Below are positions 1-11,139 of a stretch of 64,000 bases of DNA, one piece after another. This DNA comes from Yuukianura sp. NJ FZ-2021 (lineage: Eukaryota): positions 9,672,001-9,736,000 of the forward strand of contig CM102285.1 in NCBI GenBank assembly GCA_046563655.1, in the 5' to 3' direction. The notes beneath the pieces are model-generated. The model ran no database searches and was not told the DNA's origin. It saw nothing but the letters and a program-made list of their open reading frames with translations. Each line of letters opens with the position of its first letter. Within the stretch, counting starts at the first letter, position 1. Both the position numbers and the translations under genes were made by a program.

Positions 1-128
1 TAGGTAAATACATTATGTTGACACTAACGTTAGAATAGCATCAGAATGGTTCTTGAAGTTTCTTAACATTATTTGTGCCAATTCATTTTTGACATTAATG
101 GGCTAATTTTAATTCGTTGTCTTCATAG

Positions 129-292
129 GATCCAAAACGATTTTGGGTAAGCTTATAATAGGTTCCGATCCAGATACACATCCGTCGAGTTCGCATTTGA
201 AATCTGGATTCGCTTCGGGGTCTGAAATCTGGGAAGACATTTTGCATCAACCGAACGTTGAAATTTGTAGATGGATTCAGTTACAACCTTGA
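129..292 (+). CDS. Terminal exon of a C2-domain (synaptotagmin-like) protein; the gene begins upstream of the window
   Basis: Intron GT at 4 and AG at 127-128. The exon reads GSKTILGKLIIGSD...GSEIWEDILHQPNVEICRWIQLQP*, resembling the C-terminal G-x-x-x-x-G...W-x-x-(M/I)L-x-x-P...W-x-x-L of C2B domains. Confidence 0.55.
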
Positions 293-1079
293 ACCACAAT
301 TCAATTAAATTCAATTCTAAATTATTTCTTCGAGTGTGTGACCAGCAGTTCAGCAGAACGCTGTTGGATTAATGTGATTACTATTTTAACATCAAAATCG
401 ACGCAGCCTAGTTTAATTAATAAAAATTGTGCTGTTGATGCGCGTCTTCGTCTCTTGAAAAATCAACCGGCTATATCAGGGATTTTTTTAAACAAACAGG
501 TTCGGCGATAGTTCGCTTCTCAAAAATTTCCAAAAAAAACCTTTGAGTTCCGACCTAATCGTCAAATTCAAAAAACCTGTAGTTCGTCTCTTTTCTGCAA
601 GTCATTTCTGCTTTTAGGTCATTTTTTCAGATTTGTTGTAGATTAAGTGATGATACAATCCTGCCGTTCGTCTAACTTTGGACACTAGGTTCGTCTAGTT
701 TGTTTTTTGCCAATAAGTTTTTAGGACATTCGTCTCGTTTGCTACTCCCAATTCTAGAAATGAGCACCCACAGCTTAAGATTCTGAAATTCCTGATGCAC
801 TTTTGTGTATTTTTAAAAGGTTGATGTACGAGTACTATTTACAGATGAGTCTTTTGTAAATGAATTCTGCGAAAACTAAAAACAAAAATAAGGATTGGGT
901 TGCATGTGGGCAGGGCAGAGAGAGATGTACTCAAGGAGACAAAATGTGACGCTGATCTTGTCGCTTTCAGTTTGAATTTCGCTGGCGAGGCTGCCAGGGA
1001 CTTAAGTCTAACATTGACATTTTGCAATTCAAACAAATTTTTGAAGTTCTACTTTCACTTCCCAGATAAATCAAGACTG

Positions 1080-3292
1080 ATGGCTTTGTTGGTGAAAGTA
1101 CTTTTTGTTCTATTGCCACTTTCACTTCTTCCTTTTGTGTACGGAGGAGATGGAGTGTTTAGAAAAACTCGCCAATTCACAGTAAGTGATTCAAATTCAA
1201 TTCTGTGTGAAAAGTTTTTTTTAATAATATTAGTAATAACATTAATAATTAATGATATACTTAAAAAAGTATTGAATTGTAGGTGTGTCGAGACGGACAG
1301 TGTCACGACCTCAGGTCATTGCCCTCCATGGACTACTTGAACAAGCTTTTGTTTAGCTTTGGGTCATGGGGCGCATGGTCACCTTGCAACAAGGATTGTT
1401 CCACGTTTCGTTCACGGTAAGGTTTAAGGTTATCCTGAAAGTTTAGGTTATTCTGAGGTGTTTACAATTTAGGTTTAAAAATTTTTGAATTTTTGAAAAC
1501 GTTGAATTTTGTAAATTTTTTCGAAGTGTCTGTCGCTTTGCCTTTCTCTGCGGAACAACGGTTGTGAATGAAGAGGCGTTTTGTTTCTATCCTGGAACGA
1601 AATGTGAGCACATTTTCAACAATTACAGAAAACAAGCTCCTTGGCTCCATAGTTCAGCTGAACCAATTCCAAATTACGGTACGTTTGAACATTATTCTAA
1701 AAACTTTTTGAAACAACTAGCCATGGTTCAAAAGAAATCAAAAGATGAGGATTTGTTTTTGAACCGGCGAAGCGATTTTGATAATCTTATGGCTTTTGCA
1801 GACACTCCTGACGAAAATCCCGAAAATACTGCCCAACATGACCATTCCGGTAGTCGACAGCGTGTTGCCAGTGAACGTGTTCGTGATCCCGAACTTACGA
1901 ACCGTCACCAGTACTCTGTTCCAGAAATTGCATATCCTGGAAGAGGTCAAAGTACAATGGGTTCTGAACCGCATGTGAATGACCTGAGCAGAGAGACCTG
2001 TGGAGTAGCTCGGATTACTGACAGAAATAGACGCGGACTCGCATTGCGAATTCTTGGCGGAAAAGAAACACAGAAAGGACGCTGGCCTTGGCAAACAGCC
2101 ATTTTGAATAGATACGGGGTAAACCTATGACAGATGACAAGGTCTACGAACTCCTCTGACGCTGTCACTTCCAAAAACACTGCTAAAATGGTTCTTGAAC
2201 TCTGTTTTTTTTACAGGAAACTTTCTGTGGAGGAACTCTGATCTCGCCTAGATGGATCATCACGGTAATTTTTGCTATGTAACTTAAATGCTATCTTGAG
2301 ATGAGCTGCTGAAATGCCAAAAAAAAATTGCAAATCTTGAATTTTGCAGGCTGCACACTGTGTTCGCAGAAAAATTCAAGTGACAATTGGGGAACATCAT
2401 CTTCATAATGTAGACGGGACGGAGCGTCAATTCAAAGTCAGTTACGATCAGAAACACAAAGAATCTGCAAAAATCTTGAAAAACTGTTCGTTTTAACAGA
2501 TTGAAACAGCATTCATCCATCCGAACTTTGACCCCGAGACGGTTGACAATGACATTGCACTGCTCCTACTTCCAGAACCAGTTGCCACCGAGGCTGGAGT
2601 GGCATGTCTTCCAGAAAATGGACAATCGTTACCCCCCAGTGGCACTTATTGCACCATTTTAGGCTGGGGGAAGGAACGCTACAACCATGTCTTCGGAACC
2701 AGCGCACTCCACGAAGGCGTTGTTCCGCTTGTTAGCAATGCTGACTGTGGACAGACTTATGACCCGTCTGAATTAACCGAGAACATGTTTTGCAGCGGTG
2801 AGAGCAACCTAAAAAGTTTCACGTCAATGAATACTGGTAATACAATGGAAATACTTGTGAAATTACGTAGGTTACAAAAACGGAAGCGTTGACTCATGCG
2901 CTGGGGATTCTGGTAAAATTCCTTGTTTTCTTCCTTCTAAACTGAAAAACAAAGTTCTGAAAAATGCTCCAAACTTACTGAATTTTTGTTTCCTGTAACT
3001 ATCTAGGAGGGCCGCTACTTTGCAGACAGGCTAACAGGTCTGAAAAAAGTTTCAAAATATTACGTTTTTTCAAAACAAGTTGAAATTACACCCAATTTCA
3101 TAATTCTTTCCAAAAATTCGGCTGAAATAACATAGTTTTCAAATTAGATGGACACTGTTCGGCGTTACTAGTTTCGGAGATGGGTGTGGCCGAGTTGGAA
3201 AGTACGGAATCTACGCCAAGGTGCCGAATTATGTCAATTGGATCAACAGAGTAATTAGTGCCACAGAAAAGTCAAATTCACACGGATTTTAG
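1080..3292 (+). CDS. Secreted trypsin-like serine protease with N-terminal thrombospondin type-1 (TSP1) module, about 10 exons
   Basis: Signal peptide MALLVKVLFVLLPLSLL; TSP1-like GSWGAWSPCNKDC..RSR.C; activation site R-ILGG; WPWQ and CGGTLISPRWIIT. Intact triad motifs AAHC, DNDIALL and DSCAGDSGGP; FGVTSFGDGCG; stop TAG at 3290-3292. Confidence 0.9.
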
Positions 3293-3470
3293 TCAGCATG
3301 TTGTTAAATATATAGAACTGTTTAATCTTAAAACCTAAATACTCAAGCACTGCCCTATAAGAGTTAATGCCTAAAATGTGATTTCCGCTAGAACACAGAA
3401 TAAGTATTTGTCAGATAATAAAGTTAATTGTACCGATAATTAAAGTTAATAACAATAAAATTCAAAAGAG

Positions 3471-5764
3471 TTACTTTCCTCTTTTTGTGGATGTTGGCTT
3501 TTTTCCAGGCTTCTTCTTACTCATCTTTGATCTACTTGGCTTGCTATAAGTTCCACTTCCCTTTGACTTGAATCTGTTGAATCCTCCAGTTGCTGCTTCA
3601 GTTTGTCTGGCTTTACGTTCTAGCCGTTTTGCCTTGGCATCGGCATTCTTTTGCTTGTCTTTCTTCATTTGCTTAGCCTTTTCCTTTAATTTGGCAAATT
3701 TAGATATGCGAGGTCTCTTCGGATCGAATTGACCTGTACGATTTTTCAATTTATCCCCCTTTCGCTTCCTCTGAAACCTGGGATCTTTTGGAGGACGACT
3801 GGAAGCTGAAGATCCAGCAAACGTTTCTGTATAAACGTAAATATCAGGATTACTTCTTCTCATACTTTTAGTAAATCAATTGGCTCATCATCCATTAAAT
3901 TAATGTTACCTACCTTGGTCTGGTTCCATTCCAACTTCTTTGCGATACCACTCTGCATCTTCCTCTGGCGTATCCTTCTCCTCTTGAGGATGGAATCCCA
4001 TTCCGTCCAGACATTTCTTCTTATGAAGTTCCTTTTCTCTTAACTTTCTTTCCAAGTTTTCATTCTGAATGGCTATTCGTTTTTCTTTCAGTTTTCTGAA
4101 ACATCAAAATGAATGATGGTAAGCTGAATTTTCAAAAAAAAAAAATCTCTAACTTCTGAAAATTACCTCTTGGCTATCTTCATCTTCCTGATAGCAAGTT
4201 TTTCTTCGTCTGTCTTGTCTTCCAATTTATGGTACAAAACTTCACCGTCCAGGATACCTTCCTCCACTTTGATGAGCTAAATAATACGTACATTAGAATT
4301 CAAGTTAAAGTACTTACCTCAAATTCAAATACACAGGGAAGTAAGTACACATTTTGTTTGTAACATTAACTTTTGAACTAATTTCACCTGTAATTTTAGC
4401 CTTGGTCCAAGTTCAACTAGCTTGATGGCAACTTCATCCAGGCCTTTGGTGCCTCTTGTAGCAAGTTTTTGGGCAAGCGCAACTGTTTCCGATGTGTCTT
4501 CTGCTTCACTCTCAGAACCATATCCATCTCTGTCAAAACGAATGAATTTACTCCTAAACCCATAACACGAAGTTTATGAAATTTTTGAATTCGTAAGTAC
4601 TTACTTCTTCAGAAAATCAGATATGTCAGTACAATTTCCAAGGTTTGGAATTCTGTTACTTTTCCCAATGAGTAGTTTTTTGATACCCTTCGAGACTCCA
4701 ACTGGATTGTGCTGAAATTCAAACAGCAAAGTTCCATTTACATTTAGGAAAATCGTGGAAATTCCGCGATTCAAAATATTCGGTTTATTAGAATTTACCG
4801 TGATAGTGAAATGCCTAAAATCGATTGAATCATCTTCTTTGTTGTAGTTAAGCATTAGAACTCGACGAATCGCTCGAAGCTGAACTGTGTTGATGTTGAT
4901 GGGAGGAAACATGTTTTGGAAAGTTGCAGAAACAATTTCTAGATGTTTCGTTCCAGAGAAATTGTTCATGATGAGCAGTGGATGGTGGCTGAACTGCATC
5001 TCGTATGTGACCTATGAGAATGAAAAAACTAAAGTTAACGCTTGTTGAATTAAGCACTCAAAATATTATGCACTCACTTGCTTCCGAAGACTGGCTAGTA
5101 CATCTCTAGCTAACGAGTAATCTAGGATTCGGAATGTCAAAGAAGGGCCCCTAGGAATTCTGCAAATCTTGAAATATGGACTCATCGTTGTACGGCTCAG
5201 AATACATAAATGTGTAACATTGAAGTAGCTTGCAATTGAGATGTAGTCCTTAATCACGTTTCCCTTTGTCATCTAAAAATTGTGAAAACTTATCGTAAAG
5301 AACTGAATTTGCTTATGTTTTTCCTACATGTCGACGCATAATGGATTAACCTTCAAATTGCTAGCGGTATACGGTTCCATGACATGCCGAAGATCATTCA
5401 TCAATTCCTTTATCCATCTGCCAACTTTGCCTCGGTAGATAATAAACGAATGCGGTGCTGTTTTCAGTTCTGCGGGTTCGTACTGGGCCCATTCACTCTC
5501 TCCAGGTTTTGCCAGTGTAACCGGGTCATGTTGCTTCGTTGCATGGACACGCCGCCTAGCTTTCGTCTAGATATCACAAAATAATTAAAACTTAACATTA
5601 CTGTTGATATTATCGGCCATTTGGCTACACGATTATACAGCCTGTAACTGGAAATTGGAAGTTCCCGTAACTTACAGGAGCTTCCAGTTTCCGTTTAGTA
5701 AGTTTAAGTTTACAAGTTACTGCTTGAGAATTTGAAGTTTTACCGTTTTCTTTTTCCGGGCCAT
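3471..5764 (-). CDS. ppan: Peter Pan / suppressor of SWI4 1 homolog (Brix-domain ribosome biogenesis factor), multi-exon
   Basis: MARKKKT|...APHSFIIYRGKVG...DLRHVMEPYTASNLK; PRGPSLTFRI; PLLIMNNF; FQNMFPPININTV; IDFRHF; KLVELGPRLKLQ; Lys-rich C-terminus. Confidence 0.95.
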
Positions 5765-6818
5765 TTAACAGAGATATATCAAATGGAGGTTACTAATTAT
5801 TACTAATTGGTTTACAAGTGACAGAGACAACTGGCTTGTCGTTCCCCGGCTCCGCTGGTTCCTTAACGATTTGGATTTTCTGAAAGCAATGAATGACAAT
5901 GACACCAGGAAGAAAAAAAAATGTAAAAATTGTTTTTGAACACACGAGGAATTTATGATTTTCGCGCTTCTTCTAACAAAGTGTGACGCCGATGAGAGTC
6001 TTCCTTATCCACACGAATTTAGTAACAATTTTAAAAGTTTTGTTTCATGATGCTTTCTCCAAAAAAAAAAAGATTAAAAGTAAAAGTGTAGCCAGTGCTA
6101 ACTTTCTTTTCTTCCCTTCTAAATAGCTTTTTTTCTTTCAAAATAGTTTTTTTTCTATTCAATGCCATTTGGAAACGCCTTTCAACACCGGAAAATAATC
6201 GGATGTTTATACAATTCAATTGACACAAGGGAATGTCAAGTGACATTCCATCAACTAAATTGTAAGCAACTCGAATTGCGTCAAAGTTCAACCGACCTGA
6301 CCAAAATCTTACACATCTTGACATAATAAGCGAATAAGCCGTTGAAAAGAAAGTGAAACAATTGAGTGACCAGTTGAGACAATTCTGTTGACTCTATTCA
6401 ATTGACGTAACGAAAACGATGCGTTCCCTCTTAACTACTTAAACTGTGCTTTAGTATATGTTATAAGAGTCTCGGTAGCAGTTTTTTAAGAGGTTTGAAA
6501 AAGAAAGAATGAACTAAACATGTTTGTGTTAGACATTGAGCATTTGAAGTAGAAGCAGCCAGTATTTTGGTATTTTAAAAAAATTGAGAATGCAAATGAA
6601 AGTTTGTTTGAATGCGCAAATTGTGGGAGATAAGTTCAGATTCGGTTTTTGGTGTAGTCCAAAAATAAATTCAAGGAAGTGGAAAAGTGGGTAAAGCATT
6701 AAACTGTTTTAGTTTTAGCACTGCTTCAAACGCTGGCTTCCACTTTTTAGTTCCTTCCGTTGAACTTTGAATCAAAAGACTACCAAAACAGTGCCACATC
6801 ATTTTAACAAGAAAGAAA

Positions 6819-8129
6819 ATGATTTTGAAATACTATAAGAAGGTATTATTGCTTTTCTTTTGTGTTTTCTTAAACCCGATTTCGGTTTTCGCAGTTTCTC
6901 CGGAGAGGTCAAATGTCAAAAGACAAGTTTTATCTTTGGGAGGAGAAAAGGCTGATCCGATTGTACAGAAGGCTGATTCAACTGGACATCAGCAGTACAG
7001 TGACCTCAACTACCCAAGACGAGTGCGACTTGGTAACCATAATTCAAAATTTTGGTTTCATAAAATCAAAATTTCAGAATATTCCTGAAACTGTGTTTCT
7101 CCGCTTCCTGAAGGCATACCGAAAGTTACTGTTACGAAGAACGAAGTTCAAGGTGTAATTGGATCCAACGTGACTCTGGAATGCTTCATTGAGTCTTTTC
7201 CAAAAGCAACAATATATTGGACCCGAAACGACTTCGAACGAATTCAACCGAAGCAGCACGACGGAAAATACTTGGTGGAAGAAGATGAGTTTCGGCATGT
7301 AGAACATGGAGAGAGATTCCGCCTTCACATTTTGAATGTGGATTCAAATGACCTTGGGACGAAGTACAGATGTTTAGCGTCAAACGACTTTGGCACAGAG
7401 TCTGGAGTTATCTACATACCGGGTTAGAAGATTTTCAAAATAACTACGTGTAACCTTGCAAAATTTGAGTCTGTTAGTTTTCAAACAGAGAGTATACTGG
7501 GCTGTTTGTTTGTCTTTTGCAAAACCTTGTTTTCGTTCCGCAGTTCCAAGTTATTTGCAAACTAAAGCGTTTCCAGATAAAGCATTTCTTGAAGTACGAC
7601 TTGGTTCGGAAGTGGTGTTGGGATGCGAGGTCAAAGGTTACCCATTAGCTAGAACGTATTGGATTCGCAAAAGTACCGGTAAGTTAAACCAAACCACAAT
7701 TTTTTTTTCCAAAAGAACCTACTTTCTTTTTGTAGGTGACCAAGTTGTGGAGTCAGACAACTACAAAGTGACAGAGATCGAAATCAATGCCTTTCACTAC
7801 ATTACACGCCTTCAAATTCATCGTGTTGCTCCACATGATTTAGACAAGTTCAGTTGTGTTTCAAAAAACAGTTTTAAAGAATCAGAACATCAGTTTCGAA
7901 TTCTGAGTAATCAAACTATTTTTTTTCTAATTTACATCTTAATTAAAAATCTTAATTAGCATCAAAATTACTGTTTTTATGCTGTATAGGTTCAAGCTCT
8001 GGTTCGTATTCAGCAGGTTGGTCTTCATCTGAAGGGCCGAGGGCCCTTGGACTTAACTCGCTTCAACATTTCGAAATTATTGCTTCTGTCGCTTTCATTG
8101 TTTTTAAGCTGGTCTATTTTTGGAAATAA
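6819..8129 (+). CDS. Two-Ig-domain cell-surface protein (lachesin/amalgam/DIP-like), probably GPI-anchored; start uncertain
   Basis: Ig1 GSNVTLECFIESFPKATIYW...YRCLASNDFG; Ig2 VVLGCEVKGYPLARTYW...FSCVSKN. Last exon 7990-8129 has a Ser-rich spacer and hydrophobic tail (IIASVAFIVFKLVYFWK*). Confidence 0.8.
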
Positions 8130-8936
8130 AATCTTTTCAACTTGAAAGTTCACGGTTGTACGAGAGTTTTTACAAAAAAAAAATATTCTGCCAAATTTTG
8201 AAATATTTTGTTTTGAACAGTCTAACGTGTTTTAGTGACGACTGGGAGCGTTAGAACACGAAGAAAGTAGAAGAGAAAGCATTTTAGAGTAACCTGTTTG
8301 CATTGGCATCTAGCTGTGCGCGTGCTGGTTTGGTGCCGATTTCGTGCCGAAATTTTGACAGAAGTTGACCGGAGATGAGACGGATGAGAAAGATTCCTGC
8401 CTTCTCGGCCTGTTTTTGATTTTTGGAACTTTGGAGGTAGAAGCGAGCGTGGGAAAAAGTATAGGAAGGTGTGGAACCTTTTTGAGTCGCCTAATCTCCG
8501 CATAGCTCCGGACAGTTTCCAAGCGACTCCTCTTCCTCGTCACAATGCAAAATCTCTTTCCAAAATATCAAAAATTAAAAAAACTTTCAAAATTCATAAC
8601 TTTTGAACGGAAAGCGATTGAAAGGTAAATTCTTCGCGCATGAACTCGCAAAAACATGTGATTTAAAAAATTAGAAAAGTACTCTAAAATTTTCACGAAA
8701 TTACGAAAAAATTCAAGGGTAATAATAGTCTTGGGATTTTTTTTGCAGCAATTTCTCATCCATCAACCGTTTCAAGTTGCAATTTGCAACTTGCAAAGCA
8801 AAACAGCGTTTCGATTAAAATTCCATTTTTTTTTTATTTCTATCAAAGCAGGAACAAAACAATCACAACTGTTAGTTTATGCTATTGCGTTTAGAAATTT
8901 TGTTTGAATAAATTCAACAGGCAAAGAACATTTACT

Positions 8937-9347
8937 TTACAGCAACTTAGTGAGTAAAAGTGGCTGCATAGCTTCTCTCTTCTTCCTGAAAATGCCAATG
9001 GTGGGCGTAGAGACGACTGCTGAAACGTTGTGTCCGTAGGGAACGTTAGCGTAGTATTTCCCAGGCGGGTAAATAATGTAAAACCAAACAATTGCTGCTG
9101 GAATCAGCACAAATGGAGCCAGTGTAAGTGCCAGCAACCAGTTGACATTTGGAGTGACCCAGAAGAAAAATCGGTCCGTAGAAGTGTCTGGCTTTCCAAT
9201 CAAAGAACGTCCAAGGTCACGGAAGGCAGCAAGAACATCAAAGGCATCGCCTGTACCTCCAGATTCCGAATTACTCACTCCCAAAAAGAAATTAATCACT
9301 GTTTGAACTATTGCACTTGTTAAAAACGTCAAAATGTATCCAATCAT
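8937..9347 (-). CDS. Small membrane protein of unknown function
   Basis: 136-aa ATG ORF with hydrophobic N-terminus, a second TM segment (WLLALTLAPFVLIPAAIVWFYII) and an RKKR motif. No family recognised. Confidence 0.55.
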   Translation of the reverse strand: MIGYILTFLTSAIVQTVINFFLGVSNSESGGTGDAFDVLAAFRDLGRSLIGKPDTSTDRFFFWVTPNVNWLLALTLAPFVLIPAAIVWFYIIYPPGKYYANVPYGHNVSAVVSTPTIGIFRKKREAMQPLLLTKLL

Positions 9348-9857
9348 TTTTTAAACCAATTTTCAAAACGGGCGATGCTAAACTTGTGTTAAATCGCGCA
9401 ACGCGTTAAAGTCTGATTTGTGTCTCTCACAAGTTATCAACCAAACCTGACACTGAACGAAGAAGTCCAAACGGTACTGGTACAAATGCTAATGATTTTA
9501 AAGCTTAACTTAAAAATGCACACATCAATAATTAATTATTGTAATTTACTGGTGCTTAGCCACTTTTAAATTTTTAAAATCGGAACAGGTAACGGTAAAG
9601 TGACTTCATGATGCTCCAACGTTAAAGTTCATTTTGAAAAGCTATGCAAACGTTTTATTTAACAATTTGAGTCAATTTTCAATTTTCCAACAACTAACAA
9701 GTATTAACCTTTACATTACATAAATTAAACTACTACGATAATATTCTCATCAGAACTTTAGATACTTACATAAATACAATAAGAATATACATTAACCTAG
9801 TCGAATCCAGGAGTCGGCAGTGTTTGTAAAGTAATCAGTTGGGAATAACTTATGATC

Positions 9858-11139
9858 TCATGAAATTGTATCCAGGAGCTCTTTTTGCTTATCAATCATA
9901 ACTTTTTCCGCCTCTCCAATGTACAGTTCAGTCAATTTAGTAATCTGAGAAGTAAAGAATAAAGAAATGATTAATCAATTTTTCATTGACGCTTGAAAAC
10001 TGTTAACTTTAGCGTACCTGGTGACTGACGCTGAAGACAGTGTCTTCTGAGACGTCTTTATGAGACTTGCACTGCTTGATAAACTTATTTTGTACGTGCT
10101 GAAATGAGGTTTTGTACTTTGTGAAAATCACTTTGGCGTTCTTCGCAAGATTTTCACGATGCTCTCTCGTTACCCTTAAAAAAATGCATACAACTTTAGT
10201 ACAAATTCTTCCCGACATTTTTGAAAATTTTTCGATTTTTCGAAACGATGTCGGCAAACATACTTCGGAAGGGGGATATAAATCGTCGTGCCCTCTTGCT
10301 GCGGATTCAGTTGCATCCCCGATTCTTGGATTGCTTTCAGTACAGGTTGAATTGCATCCGGAAGTGGAGCTAAATTAAGGACGGCCAGTTGCGGGTTTTT
10401 CCGACCAACTTGAGCAAGTTCTTGGAGTGGATACTTTTCTCCTTCAAATTCAACCTCCAGCAGTTCCAGAGCACCTTTAAATTAATTAAACGCTTCATTT
10501 AGTAAATACTCTTTGTATAATTAACGTTTTGCCAATCTTTGACGTACCTGCAGCTCCACGCAGACTCAACTGACTTGCATATTCATCTTTCATTTGTTTC
10601 AAGACGCCTTCCAGTTGAGTCTTCAAGGCCTCTGAACTGATCACATTGTTCATCTCGTTCTCATTGATAACCACCACAGTCTTCTTCTTGGCCCCTCTGT
10701 CCTTTGTTTTTGAATAAGAACGACGAGACTCATTGTCACAGTTTTCATGAATCGACGAACTTCCAAGTATGTTATTCGTCAGAACGTTCTTCCCTCCGCT
10801 GAGGAAGCTTTTACTCCTAAGTTTCAGAAACCCCGGCGATGTAGCAGTAGGTATTTGGTAGTGCTCGTTCTCCAGTACCGGTTCGGCAGAAAAGGCGCTT
10901 GCAGAGCATCTTGTTCTAAGAGGTCCCCTCTGAACCAAATGTGGCTGTTGACAGAGGTTGTGACAGTGACGATGAGCTGCAACCGCATGGATAACCGGCA
11001 TTCTCGTGCAAATTCCTTGAGTTGAGTTTGAGTTATTTAGAAATGGGCGTTCCAACAATATTAGTAGTTGGCAGTTGAAGATGTGTCTCCCTCGAGTCAC
11101 AACTGGTGACAGGCTTCTTTGAAGGAGTCGACTGGTCAT
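9858..11139 (-). CDS. MRRF: Mitochondrial ribosome recycling factor, 4 exons
   Basis: YSKTKDRGAKKK; LSLRGAAGALELLEVEFEG; LNPQQEG..IYIPLPKVTREHRENLAKNAK; C-terminal KQKELL. Confidence 0.92.

Noticed and set aside
8222..8560. Minus-strand ORFs of 77-93 aa
   Set aside because: No clear start or homology; at most an unconfirmed exon of the 8937-9347 gene.
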